Source: Dictyostelium discoideum
Lineage: Eukaryota
NCBI GenBank assembly: GCA_000004695.1
Contig: CM000154.2
Coordinates: forward strand, 2,688,001-2,752,000
Length of the DNA stretch: 64,000 nucleotides
Direction: 5' to 3'
The notes below the pieces were generated by a model that was given only the letters and a program-made list of their open reading frames with translations, had not been told where the DNA came from and made no database searches. A program made the position numbers and the translations under genes. Shown piece by piece: positions 26,901-40,692 of this stretch. Every line of letters begins with the position of its first letter. Within the stretch, counting starts at the first letter, position 1.

Positions 26901-27837
26901 ATGTCAAATACTGGTGGTAATGGTAATGATAATGCAGCACCATCATTATCAACCACAACTGAAAATGTTAATGGTAATGATGATACTCCTTCATCCAATC
27001 TTACAATAAACGATTTAGGTGGTAGCAAGTTTCCACCACAACCAAAGAAAAGCAAACAACAACAACAACAAAATATTACTGATAGATTATCAACGTTTTC
27101 AAACTTTTTTGAAGATGAAAAATTAGATAAAGATGATATGGTAAATTTTTAAATACAATAATAATATAAATTAATAACAATAATAAATAATTAACACACA
27201 CACACACACACTATATAGAAATTAGAATTTGATAAGATTGAAAAGAAATTATGCGATATTTTTGAAACAGATACCATTCCAAACAATGCTTCAAAAGATC
27301 AAATTACAAGTGGTAAAATTAAAATCAAAGGTGAAGAAATTACAATCTCAAAAGAAGCTCAAGATTTCACTTTAGAATTAAGTTCACTATTGGTAATTAT
27401 TATTACTATTATTCCAACAATAATAAATAATAAATAGTAATAATAATATATGATATATACTAATTTTATTTTATTTTATTTTATTTTTATTAGAATCTTG
27501 ATCAAATTTTAACATTTATTTTGATTAGAGAATATTTAACAAATAATAATAATAAAGTATTAAATTATGATAAATCAGAATTATTCAATTTATTAGATTA
27601 TTATTATAATGAAAGGGCATCATTATTGTGTATATTAGGATCAATCATAAAGAAAGAATCATCACAATCAAAGTATAGTTCTTTCTTAAAACCATTCATT
27701 GAAAAGAATAGAGCATCAATTGAATCAAGATTACTATCTTATTTAATTTCATTTTATAATTTTACAATTCCTTCAAATTTAGAAGTAAGTAAAATTAATT
27801 ATTATTTTTTTATATTTTTATTTTTTTATATTAATAT

Positions 27838-27884
<47 letters not shown>

Positions 27885-28529
27885 TAAATAGGAATTACAA
27901 CAATTTTATTGTTCAAGTATAATTAAAGAACAATTAATAATAGTTGAAACATTATTTTCATATAACTATTTAAAAGTAAAGAAAAGTGGTAATTGTAGTA
28001 ATAGTAGTAGTAATATGAATGATGTTAATGAGTTATTAATAATATTGAAAAAGATAAATCAACTTCAAATTGGGTCATACTCTGATCAATTGATTGGTAT
28101 ATTGAATTCAATGAAAAGAAATAGTGAAGTTATTCAATGGTTAAAACGTATAGAATACGTGTTGGTATTACTAGTATTTTGTAATAATAGAGATTTATTA
28201 AGACATGAATCATTACAACAAAATGAATTAGAAATTATAAATACAATTACAACTTTATCACAATCAATTCATTATAATGCACCACTTGCAACTTCATTAT
28301 TCTTTACAATTATAAATTTATTCATTTCAACTTCTTCCTCTTCTTCTTCCTCTTCTCCCTCCTCCTCTAGTTCAGTTAATTTCTCAAATTCACTTCAACA
28401 ATATTTTACAAAAGCATCATCACAATATGACCCAATTGATTATATTTTTAATTGTTTATCAAATGGTTTTAATGATAGTACTGTATGTATAATAATAATT
28501 AATAATAAAAAATAAGTTATTAATGATGA

Positions 28530-28560
<31 letters not shown>

Positions 28561-28870
28561 TTGTTTAGTATTTAGCAGGATATTGTGATTGTATTCACAT
28601 ATTTTTAAATAGATTTAGTGAAGTTATTAGTTTAACAGATGTTAGTGAACAACATGTTGATAGAATTATTGATATCTATTGTATGCTTCATGAAAAGGGT
28701 GGTGAAGTTTTATCATCAATTCTTTGGAGTGAAAGATCAAATGATCCAGTTTATCAATTTTCAATTTCACCAGATTGTTTAAATAGAAATCCTGATAGAG
28801 TTTTATCAATTTTAAAATCAATAATTATTAATGATACTTCTTCACAAGCTGTGTATGTATTATTTTTAAA

Positions 28871-28939
<69 letters not shown>

Positions 28940-31900
28940 TCATTAATTACTAATTTAAATGTATTTTTTTTTTTATAGATTTAATGAATTAATATTAATT
29001 AATATTAATAATCAATCATCAAGTAAACAAATTATTAGTTTTAATGATTTTAATAAAGTTAAAGAAGTTTTAGATATTACAAATGATGATGGAAATGGTA
29101 CAATTTCAGGTGTAATGAAAAGAGATATAATTTCACAATCATTTAGATTATATAAATCACAATTTAAATCATTTTCAGTGATTAATGATGGTAGCGGTGG
29201 TGATGGTGGTATTGAAATTGTATTCACATTACATGATTTAATTATAGATTTAGTGGCGATAGAATTTAATTCATTTTTAGATTCATTAGGTCAACAAGCA
29301 TTTTTCGATCAAAGAACTATCGAAGTTTCAAAAGCATATATAGTAGTATTAGATTTAATTTCAAAATTAGTTAATTTCACACCTGATTCATATAGTAAAT
29401 ATTTTTGGCAATTATTTGAAAATAATAGAATTTTAGAATCAATCATTCAAGTTTATCTTAGATTATGTAATCAACAAAATTTCACTGTAAATTCAATACC
29501 AACAAATATAAATATAAAAGAAAGTAATGGTAATGGTGGTTTTCAACAAAAAATAAATAAACAACAACAACAACAGCCTACATTGATGTCATCATATTCA
29601 ACAGCACATTATAATTTCAATATAATTACAAATGTAATTACATCGATTTTATCATTATTTACATCATTTTCAAAGATGAATCCATTACCAATTTTAAATT
29701 TATTAATTGAAAAAGGTATTTGGTCAAGTAGTCCAACCGTTTTGATTTCATTATTTAAAAGGGGTTCTTTTAATCATTTATATGATGTTGAAAAGAGATC
29801 TTCAACAACTTCTTCAACTTCTTCAACTTCCTCCTCATCTTTAAGTTCATCAACATTCCCATTAACAAAATCAATAGTTAAATTATTTAATACATTTATT
29901 AATCCATTGAATCAATTTGAGAAATGTATTGATAGATCACAATATATTGGTTATTTAGAATCATTCATTTCATTTCATTTACAAGTGATCTCTGATTATC
30001 CAATTATTAGTGGTAATAATAATCATAATGAAACGTGGGAGATGATATCAGAGATCTTTTCAGCATTAGATTTCATTTTAAATAAATCACAATCTAGAAA
30101 TTCAATTTTGAAATCATTGGCTTTTAAAATCATTTGTTCTTTCTCTGGTGGTATCTTACAATGTACTCTCTCAAGTTTATTAGATTTAGAAGTACTTCAA
30201 AATACAAATAAATCAATTGATCGTACAAGTTCAATTGATAATATTTTAAAATCATCTTTAAAATTCTCAAAATCAATACTTTCAACAATTTATTTATCAA
30301 TTGTATTAAAAAGATCAAATAAAATTAACAATAATAATCAAAATAATGATAATAATAATGAAAATAATAATAATAATAATAATGGCGATAATAATAATAA
30401 TAATAATAATAATGAAAATAATAATAATAATGAAAATAATGATAATATTAATGATAATAATATTGAAAATTATGAAAATGAATATTCAAATAATTTAGTT
30501 GAACAATTTTTAACAACATTTTTCATTGTTAAACAAAATGAAACCAATTTATTAATTGATCAAGAGGACAGAAATGGATTAACATCAACAATTGTAACCA
30601 ATTCAATCACTACTGAAACCATAACAAGTAAAACTGATTATAATAATTTATTCATTGTATTATTTAATTATATAAATATTATATCGGATTGTCAAGATAT
30701 TCAAATTCTATCATGTGAAATCTTATCATCATTAGTAAGAATACTTAGAGTATTAGAATCCAATTTCTCAGTTTCAACATTATTCAATACTGATGAACCA
30801 TTCATATTAATGATTGAAAAGTTTTCAAAGAAATTCATAATCAATAATAATGAATTCGATGTTTGGTCATTACAATTGAAAACTAATATTTTAAGACTTT
30901 TAGTTGAATCTTCAACAAATCAAATTTATTTCATAAATAGATTATTAAATTGTGAAAATAATAATATCAATAATAATAATAATAATAATGATGATAGTGG
31001 CGGTGATAAAAAGAATAAATCATTTATTATTAAATTATTATTAGATAGAAATGTTTCAATCAATGATAATTCAGAATTCTCTTTAGCATTATTCCAACTT
31101 GTAAATAATTTATATTGTAATTCAATTTATTATGATAGTTTTGTTGATCAATTAAATAATACTCAAGATTTTTGGAATTTATTATTAGATATGCAAAAAA
31201 CAATTAATGAAGAAGAAGAACAAGAAGAAGAATCAATCATTAATGAAGAATTAATTTGTAAGAAATTAAAAATTACTTATGCAATTGAAATTTTATCATT
31301 ATCAGTATTATTGTCTTCAGATATTACTACTGCTACTACTACTGTTGGAAATTTAGTATGTTCAACTTTATCAAATAATAAATGGAATGAAATATTTAAG
31401 AATAATAAAAGTGGAATTGTAAATATGATTAATAATTATTATTTTCAATTCATTGATTTAGAGAATGTTTTCCCAATTCAAAAGATTAGAGATTATTGGA
31501 TGGTTAATAATTTACCATCACCAGATCAATTACAAACTACTATTGCCTATCAATATTTCCCAAATATTAATAACAATATACCAATCGTTGAATTATTCGC
31601 TATTGATACTATCATTGAAACTTCAAAACAATTCAATGATCAATACTATTTAGAATTATTAATTCAACGTAATCTATTTGAGTTATTAACAACAACAAAT
31701 CTATGTTTATCACGTGCTTTCTCTAAATTATTTAGAGTAATTTTAATGAAACAACCTCAAAATTTTATAAATATTAATGGTGGTAGTGGTAGTGGTAGTG
31801 GTAGTAGTAATAGTGGTGTACCATTATCAACAATATTACATACATTGGTTGATAAAGCTACAAGTATTGAAAATCAATCAATTAAAACATTGGTTGTAAG

Positions 31901-33923
31901 AAATGATATATTAATGTTCCTTTGTGAATCAATTTCAACAGCATCTCATCTTTGGTGTAAATCATGTCCAATTGAATCAGTTGATATTGAAATACTATCA
32001 AAGTTATCAAATCTATTAGCACAATGTTCATCGAATCCAATTTTAGGTCATTCAATTAGTTATCATATTTTAACATCAATATTAATATTGGTAGAGAATA
32101 CATCACAACATCAATATATTGAAATCAAAGTTTTCAATCAATTAATTAATACTCTTTCATTGTTTATAACTGAACCTCATTTTAGAGTTCCACCAATCTC
32201 ATCAATGGATGGAACTACAACAACAACTACTAGTGGTGGTAATGTTGGTGAAGGTAAAACTATAAATGGTAAACAAAAGAAACCATTACCTTCGATTTGT
32301 AATCTTTCAATTTATCTCTTACAAGTTTTAATCGATAGATTGGACCCAAACGCTTTGATCGCAGCTTTTCCAAATAATCTATTAGAGAATTTAGCTAAAT
32401 TATTAAAAAACTCTTTAAATATGGTCAATGGAAATCAAATCGATAATATTACAGCCTCTTCAGTTTTAAATTTATTAATTAGCTTTTGTAAACAACCATT
32501 GGTATCTGAACAATTATTAGATAATAGAATCATTCAATTATTATCTGACCATTCTTTAAAATATTTACAATTCTCAATGGATCCATATTTAGCATCAACT
32601 GAAATTTCTGCTGCTACTGCTTCAATATATGGTGGTATCAATTATTATTTCCATAATAATGATGATGATTATGATAATCATCGTCAATTTAATCAAAAAA
32701 AGAATAAATGGCATAGAGTTTGGACTTTGGTTATTAAATTTTTAATTTCAGTTTCAAAACCATTGGAAAGTAGTGAAAGATTCATTGAACAATTATCAAA
32801 TTTCATTCTATCTCATAAGGATAGACTATTCTATTATTTCGATTTATTCAATGAATTTGGTGCAACTCAACATTCTCAATACTTTACCAAACAATGGTTC
32901 CAACAATTGGAGTATATAACTTCACTATTTTCAATATTCACAAAGTATACCAAACGTTATTACCTCTCAATGAATATCTATAGAGAATTCTTATCTTTAG
33001 CTTATCGTTTATTGGTTTCAATTTCAATTCAATGTTCAGAATTAAACTTTATTGAAAATAATTTCATACCAATAACAAAGAATGAAAAACATAAAAATTT
33101 AGTACAAGTTAAAGAATTTATTGATGATTCTCAAAGGTTACAACAACAACAACTTCAACAACAACAACAACTTCAACAATCTCAATTACAACAATCAACA
33201 CCATATAGAACCAGTCATTATCAACAACAATTATTACAGTTACAACAACAATTACAAAAACAACAACAACCACAACAACAAAATATTCAAAATTCATTCT
33301 TTAAATTCTCAATTGAATCAAATTATACACATATTATTAATAATTGTTTTACAATTTTAATTCGTATTAATGAATATGTTAGATCAAGTAATGAATTTGT
33401 ACCACAACTTACAATTTATCCAAATGTTGCAACTTTTGGAACTTTTGGTCAATTATCACAATATATCATTTCAAAATTATTCCAAATTTCAAATGTTGTT
33501 GATAAATTATCAAGAAATAATAATAATAATAATAATAATAACAATAATAATAATAGTAGTTCAATTTATAATAATTTAGAAGATCAAAATTCAATTTCAG
33601 TTGACGAATTATTAGATTTAAATTTATACAAAACAAAAATTAAACAAACCCTTGAAAAGAATACATTATTATTAATACTTTATGCAAAACAAACACCACC
33701 TTCAACTTCACCACAGGAAACCCTTAGAGAAAACCAAGTTAATAATATAATAACTCATCTTTTAAAACAACAATTTAATAATAATAATAACAATAATAAC
33801 TTCTCACAAAATAGAACTCCACTAAAAAATAATAATAATAATTTAAATAATAATAACACAAGTGAAAATGATGAAAATGATGAATTTCTTAACTTTTTAT
33901 CAGATTTGCAAAGAGTGAAATAA
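26901..33923 (+). CDS. Nucleoporin Nup188-like protein (about 2175 aa); exons 26901..27140, 27209..27382, 27494..27784, 27892..28482, 28569..28852, 28979..33923
   Basis: Five small 5' exons are joined through GTAAAT/GTAATT/GTAAGT/GTATGT donors and AG acceptors with consistent phases. The N-terminal region ISKEAQDFTLELSSLLNLDQILTFILIREYL..ELFNLLDYYYNERASLLCILGSII aligns with human NUP188 ISKFLGLDEEQSVQLLQCYLQEDY..ILKIADYYYEERTCILRCVL, sharing the DYYYxER motif. The rest is a long alpha-solenoid-like protein with polyN/polyQ inserts. The assignment is from motif recall, not a search. Confidence 0.6.
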
Positions 33924-34170
33924 AAAAAACTATTAAAAAAAAAAAAAAAAATATTCCCACGTTAAAAAGTAGTCGTGTGTTTCTTGGGTTTTAAAGAAAC
34001 CATAAAATTATATTTTTAATTTATTTTAATTTTTTTTTTTTTTTGCCTTTTTTTTTTTTTTTTTTTTTTTGACTTTTTTTTTGGCTTTTTTTTTTGTTTT
34101 GTTTTTTTGGCTTTTTTTTTTGTTTTGTTTTGTTTTGTTTTTTTTCGTTTTTTTCTTACCCCTAACAATA

Positions 34171-34884
34171 ATGTCAAGACAATATTATGTGCATTCTTGT
34201 CAATTTTGTAATAGAACTATTCAATTAGAATCCCATCATACTGATATTAATCAATTAATTGAAGAACATTTAACATCATGCAAATATGATGCACTTGACA
34301 AAGATAAACATTCATGCTCTTTAGCAGACTGTTTTGTTAAACAAACTTTCAAAAATATTTGTAATGATTGTACTTTAAATTTTTGTGATAGGTAAAATTA
34401 AATTTTATTTTATTATATATACATATATATATATATATTTCTTTTTTTTTTTTTTTTTTTTCTATTTTTTTTGGAAAAAAATGTCAAAAATATCTGAAAA
34501 TAAAAAAATACATGAATATCTAATTTTTTTTTTTTTCTATTTTTTTCTTTTTTTTTTTTTTTTTTTTTTCCGAAAAAAAAAAAAAAAAGTCATAAGAAAG
34601 CAACTGATCATAGTTGTAGTTCAGTATTTTCATGGAAAAATGCATCAAATAATCCAGCTCCACAAGCTCCAAAAAAGGTTATTATTGAAAATGAATATTT
34701 AAGAGCTCAAAAGAATCAAAAGGTAGAATTGGATAAATTAAGAAAAGAAATGGCTCAAAATAAACAAGAACTAAAAATCCGAGAAGAAAAATCTGTTGAA
34801 GAGTTAAATTCTGATTTAATTTTTTTAGAACAACAACAAGTTTTATATGATCAAATCAAATCAAATAACCAAAATAGCAACAAC

Positions 34885-34977
<93 letters not shown>

Positions 34978-35710
34978 TTTAGTGATAATAATAATATTAA
35001 TTTTAGTAATAATTACGATAAATCATCATCATCATCGTCAAATGTAACACCACCACAACCAGTAGTAACCAAGAAAAAACAAGGACTACAATCAAAGGCA
35101 GAAAAAGATCAAATTGAAGAATTAAGAAAGATTAGAGAGAATAGAAAATTAGAGTATGAATCAGATGATATTTCAGTTTGTGTAACTGTTATTTTATCAA
35201 ATAATGATAAATTAACAGCTCAATTCAATAAACAAGATACTCTCAAAAAAATTCAAGAATTTGTAAATAGAAATCGTTCAGATGGTGAGGAACCATATGC
35301 ATTATGTTTAAATGCAACAGGTCAACCATTATCAAAAAATGATATAAACAAAACTCTTCAACAATTACAATTATTACCAACTCCAACTTTATATGTTATT
35401 GTAAGTTATTTATAATCACTAGTAATATTAATTAAAATCTTACTAATATATATATAATAAATAATAAATAATAATACAGCTTATAAAAGATTTAAAAGAA
35501 CAAATAAAAGAAGTAAAAAGAGCTAATAATCTCAGAGGTTATTTTTTCTCGAATAAATATTTAGAAATGGCTATTTTAGCAGCTGCTTTATTTTTTGCTT
35601 ATTATCTTTATAAAAACTATCAAAAAGAAACTCTTGGAAATCGTAATCGTCATCATCATCGTGATCATCACCATCGTGGTGATTATGATGATTATTATGA
35701 CTATTATTAA
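34171..35710 (+). CDS. AN1-type zinc finger + UBX (ubiquitin-like) domain protein with a polyN tract and a C-terminal TM segment (ZFAND1/Cuz1-like); exons 34171..34391, 34590..35400, 35480..35710 (third exon tentative)
   Basis: The exon 1/2 junction reconstitutes a complete AN1 finger: C-x4-C-x9-C-x2-C-x4-C-x2-H-x5-H-x-C (CSLADCFVKQTFKNICNDCTLNFCDSHKKATDHSC). Exon 2 has a coiled-coil-like stretch, polyN (34 residues) and a UBX-like domain (ISVCVTVILSNNDKLTAQF..TLKKIQEFV..KTLQQLQLLPTPTLYVIV). A GTAAGT donor lies at 35401. The proposed last exon encodes ..MAILAAALFFAYYLYKNYQ.. (hydrophobic helix) and a His/Tyr/Asp-rich tail. Confidence 0.65.
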
Positions 35711-35999
35711 AAAAAAAAAAAATAAATAAATAAATAATAAAAATAATAAAAAAAAAAAATAAAAAAAATTAAATTAAATCTCTTTTTTAGAATTTTTAAA
35801 ATTTGGTAAATCTTTTATTTTTTTTTTTTCTTTATTTATTTATTATTATTATTTTATTTATTTATTATTATCATTTTATTTATTTTTAATTATTTATTTT
35901 CCCATACACAACTTAAATGTACATTTCAAATAAAAAAAAGATATAAATAAAAAATAAATTAAATTTAATAAAAACACACGACAAACTTGCTTTGTTGTT

Positions 36000-36032
<33 letters not shown>

Positions 36033-36035
36033 AAA

Positions 36036-36278
36036 ATGGCATCAAGAGTACAAAAGAAAGATGATGATGAGTCTGATTTTTTATTTGAAAATTTAGATAA
36101 AGGTCAAGTTATTCAAGAGAAAAGAGCATTTAATGAATCACCAATTCATCCAAGAAAATGTTCATTAGTAATTTCACAATTCCTTTACCTTTTATCAAGA
36201 GGTGATAGTTTTACAAAAACAGAAGCAACTGATATTTTCTTTGCTGCTACTAAATTATTTCAATCAAAAGATGTAAGG

Positions 36279-36331
<53 letters not shown>

Positions 36332-39148
36332 ATTTTTTAGTTTGTAAGTTAACTAATTAAAATTTTTTTTTCTTTTTATAAAATAATGATTAGATTCCAT
36401 TAAGAAGATTAATGTATTTATTGTTAAAAGAATTATCAACAATTTCACAAGATGCAATCATTGTTATCAGTTCATTAACAAAAGATATGTCACATAAGAT
36501 TGAATTATATAGAGCAAATGCAATTAGAATTTTATGTAAAATCACTGATGTATGTGTTGTTTATTTTTATTTTTCTACAAGAGATTTGTTTATTAATGGT
36601 GTTTTTGGTTTTTATTTTTTATTTGTTTTTTTTTTAAATTTAATAGAGTTCAATTTTACCACAAATCGAAAGATACTTTAAACAAAGTATTGTTGAAAAA
36701 GATCCACACGTATCATCAGCAGCACTTGTTTCAAGTATTCATTTATTAAAGGTATGTCCAGAGATTGTAAAGAGATGGGCAAATGAAGTTCAAGAAGCAA
36801 TCTCAAATAAATCAAATATGGTTCAATATCATGCATTAGCATTATTACATAGAATTAAACAACATGATCGTTTAGCAGTCTCTAAATTGGTTAGTAATTT
36901 AATTAAAAATTCACTTCGTTCACCATATGCTCAATCATATTTAATTAGATGTTGTGTTGAAGTTATTGAAGAGACAAATACAGAGTAAGTTTCAAAAAAA
37001 AAAAAAAAAAAAAATCAAAAAAAAATCAAAAAAAAAATCAAAAATCAAAAATCAAAAATTCATTACTAATTTAAAATAATTTAAAAATAAATAGAGATAG
37101 AATTTTCCGTGAATATATTGAATCATGTTTAAGAAGTAAGAATGAAATGGTTGCATATGAAGCAGCACGTTCAATTTGTACATTTAAAAATGTTTCAAAT
37201 AAAGAAATTAACTCTGCTGTTGGAGTTTTACAAAACTTTTTAAATTCAACAAAACCAACTTTAAGATTTGCTGCTGTTCGTACATTAAATAAGGTAATTA
37301 TTTTATTTATTTATTTATTATTTTTTTATTTTTTCATTTTTACTAATAAATTAAATCAAAATAATTTTTTTTTTTTTTTAGTTAGCACAAACTAATCCAA
37401 CAGCAGTTATACCATGTAATTTAGATATGGAAAATTTAATTACAGATACAAATAGAAGTATTGCAACATTAGCAATTACAACATTATTAAAAGTTGGTAA
37501 TGAATCAAATGTAGAGAGATTAATTAAACAAATTGCAAACTTTTTAGGTGATATCAATGATGAATTTAAGATTGTTGTAGTTGATGCTATTACATCACTT
37601 AGTCAAAAGTTCCCAAAGAAATACAAACATTTAATTATCTTTTTAAATAAGATTCTTAGAGATGAGGGTACATTACAACTTAAACAAGCAACATTGGATG
37701 CAATTTTAACAGTGGTAAACAATATTCCAGAATCAAAAGAGATTGCATTGACCGAATTATGTGATTACATTGAGGATTGTGATTTCCCTGATCTCTCTGT
37801 ACAAATTCTTCATTTAATCGGTCAAGAGGGTCCATTAACTTCATCACCAGCTCAATACATGAGATACATTTACAATAGAGTTTTATTGGATGGTGGAATC
37901 ATTCGTGCTGCCGCAGTTACATCAATTGCTAAATTTGGTCTTCTCTATGAACCAATGAAAGAAAAGGTTGTCATTCTTCTTCAAAGATGTCTTTTGGATG
38001 AAGATGATGAAGTTCGTGATAGAGCAACACTCTATCTTAAATTATTCAAAGAAAATGATGTTCGTTATCTCAATAAAGTACTCATGGATGATGTACCTGT
38101 ACCATTGAACAATTTACAAAAGAGTTTAGAGCTTTACTTACATCAAGGTGATTTTAGTGAACCATTTGATATCGCCTCTGTTAGTACCGTGGTTGAAACT
38201 TATCAATCACCACTTCTCGGTGATGGTAAATCACCATTCTCAACTGGTGCCTCTAAAAAAGGTGATTCTGTCACTGGTACACCAAAATCAAACAATGCCT
38301 CAAACAACAACAACAACAACGAAGAATCATCAGGCCCAGAATCATTTGCTACTAAACTCTCTCAAATTCCACAATTTTCAACTTTTGGTAAACTTTTGAA
38401 ATCAAGTGAATACATTGAACTCACTGAAACTGAAACTGAATATGTTGTCAATTGTGTTAAACATATCTATCGTGAACATATCGTATTCCAATTCAATTGT
38501 ACCAACACTCTCAATGAACAACAATTATCAAATGTATCTGTTAAAATGGTACCTTCCGATCCAAAATTATTAAAATATGAATGTTCAATCCCAATCGATG
38601 TACTCCCATACGGTGAACCACAACAATGTTATGTTGCCATTCGTTACATTCCTGCCAATGGTTATCCATTATGTTCATTCAGTAATGCCCTCAAATTCAA
38701 AGTTAAAGAAGTCGATCCATCCACTGGTGAACTCGATGAACCAGGCTATGATGATCAATACAGTTTAGAGAGATTGGAAATCGTTCCAAAAGATTTCCTC
38801 AATAGAGCTTTCGTTGGTAACTTTTCCGAGGAATGGAAGAAAATGTCTGAAGATACCCAATTAGTTCAAACCTTTTCTTTAGTTGGTGTTAAATCTATCG
38901 ATGAAGCTGTAAAACAAATCATTAAAACATTAGGTATGGCCCCTGCTGAAAAATCTGAAGTTGTCACTCCAAAATCTGCCAAACATATCCTTTATCTCAC
39001 TGGTAAATCATTAAATAATCAATTGATTTATGTTAGAGCAAGAATGAAGTTGGATCAATCTCAAACTAATACTGATGTAGAATTAACAATTAAATCCGAT
39101 GATGAATCATTAAATGATTTTGTAATTTCTGCTTTCATTGAAAAATAA
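36036..39148 (+). CDS. copG: Coatomer (COPI) gamma subunit, about 898 aa; exons 36036..36272, 36394..36549, 36647..36984, 37095..37293, 37382..39148
   Basis: Near-collinear with human COPG1. Matching blocks: [48 protein letters not shown] | [36 protein letters not shown] | ..[37 protein letters not shown].. | [35 protein letters not shown] | [82 protein letters not shown].. and the appendage domain. Donors are GTAAGG/GTATGT/GTAAGT/GTAATT with consistent phases. Confidence 0.9.
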
Positions 39149-39389
39149 ATTTAAATTAAAGTTAATAAAATAAAATAAAAAATAAATAATAAAATGGTAA
39201 ATTAAAAAAAAAAAACCTAAATCTATTTTAATTCTATTTTTAGTTATTTATTTTTTAATCTGCATTTTTCTCAGCTTAATTATTTCTTAAATCTCTAAAA
39301 AATAAAATTATAAAAAACTTAATAAAAATTAAAAAAACCTAAGAATATAATCTATTTTATCCTGTAAAAAAACTTTGTTTTCAACAAAT

Positions 39390-39462
39390 GCCCAGATAGC
39401 TCAGTCGGTAGAGCGCAAGGCTTTTAACCTTGTGGTCGGGGGTTCGAGCCCCCCTTTGGGCG
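39390..39462 (+). tRNA. tRNA-Lys (anticodon UUU)
   Basis: The 73-nt sequence GCCCAGATAGCTCAGTCGGTAGAGCGCAAGGCTTTTAACCTTGTGGTCGGGGGTTCGAGCCCCCCTTTGGGCG folds as a cloverleaf with a 7-bp acceptor stem including one G-U pair. It has an A box TAGCTCAGTCGG, anticodon loop CTTTTAA, B box GGTTCGAGCC and discriminator G. No CCA is encoded. A T6 Pol III terminator follows at 39465-39470. Confidence 0.9.
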
Positions 39463-39707
39463 AATTTTTTAGATGGAAGAATTTGATCGTAGGCTCGATT
39501 CCTAATCTAACCAATTAATATTATTTAAATTGTTTCTTTTGTGAATGAATCAAAGGAAAACTGTTAAATGTAATAACCATCTTTGGTTTATAATCTACAG
39601 AGAGGAATATTCATTAAAAGGCAATATTCCATTCTTTTGCTCTAGAATTAACATTATCGCACCTTCTAAATATGGTAACTTCTATTATAAAAAATATCAA
39701 AAAATCC

Positions 39708-39752
39708 ATAAATAAATCTATTAATTATTGTTAATTTCCTTAATGGATAAAC
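39708..39752 (+). repeat. 45-bp dispersed repeat ATAAATAAA(TC/AT)TATTAATTATTGTT(A/T)ATTTCCTT(T)AATGGATAAAC; second copy at 44034..44079 directly abuts the 52-nt poly(A) end of the retroelement
   Basis: The two copies are about 90% identical. Copy 1 lies 246 bp downstream of tRNA-Lys with no poly(A). Copy 2 forms the last unique bases before the poly(A) at 44081-44132. Confidence 0.6.
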
Positions 39753-40187
39753 TCTGATTAATCAATATTAAAAAGGCCTTGGAGTTTATTCCATATTAAA
39801 TTCAATGGTTTACATTTTTTTTGTCCTTCTTTTTATCTTTTATAAAAAAAAAAATCCTGTAGAAGGAGATCCATCTTTATTTTTAATAATTGCTTTTTAG
39901 AATTTGTATTACATTGTTTAATATTAATAAGTTTTAATAATCATAATATAAATAATAGTAATAATAATATTAATGATTAACAATTAAACAATAACAATTA
40001 AAAATAATAATTTATTTAGTTTTAGAGTTTTCGTTCAAAACTTATAAGTTGAAAATAACGAAAACTGAAAAAAATGAAAAAAATAATTCACGTTTTACAG
40101 CATTCATAATATTGTGTGTTCATTTATTTATTAAGATCAATACATCTAAAATTCCGAACTTCGGATTGTAGGAAATTATTCAAAAAG

Positions 40188-40259
40188 CTCCCTGTCCGGG
40201 AATTGAACCCGGGCCTTTCGCGTGACAGGCGAAAATCCTCACCACTAGACCAACAAGGA
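40188..40259 (-). tRNA. tRNA-Asp (anticodon GUC)
   Basis: The reverse complement TCCTTGTTGGTCTAGTGGTGAGGATTTTCGCCTGTCACGCGAAAGGCCCGGGTTCAATTCCCGGACAGGGAG is 72 nt. It has a canonical Asp-type D loop AGTGGTGA, anticodon loop CTGTCAC, T arm CCGGGTTCAATTCCCGG and a paired acceptor stem. A T5 run follows immediately on the minus strand (plus 40178-40185 region). Confidence 0.9.
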
Positions 40260-40300
40260 TATTTTAATTGGAAAAATATTAAATTTTTTTTAATAAAAGA

Positions 40301-40567
40301 GTAAGAGAAAAAACATCAACAACAACACTTTTTTTATTTGATTATTTCATTTTTCATATAAAAAAAAGACTTAAAAAAAATAAAATAAAATACACTTAGA
40401 ATAAACTACTTTATTTCTTTATTTTATTGTAATTTATTTTTTTCTTTTTTTTGAAAATTTTGCGAAGCAAAATTGAAAAAAAAAGGAAAAAATAATCAGT
40501 AAGAGAAAAAACATCAACAACAACACTTTTTTTATTTGATTATTTCATTTTTCATATAAAAAAAAGA

Positions 40568-40578
<11 letters not shown>
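40301..40578 (+). repeat. Two direct copies of an ~80-bp module (GTAAGAGAAAAAACATCAACAACAACACTTTTTTTATTTGATTATTTCATTTTTCATATAAAAAAAAGACTTAAAAAAAA) spaced 197 bp apart
   Basis: Direct comparison of 40301-40380 with 40498-40578 shows essentially identical sequence. The second copy runs into a 32-nt poly(A). Confidence 0.8.
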
Positions 40579-40615
<37 letters not shown>

Positions 40616-40692
40616 CCGAAAACATTCTTTCAGGGAATTTCCAGAATTTTAAATTTTTAAAGTCGAATAAAGATTTTAAAGAAAAAAAAGAA

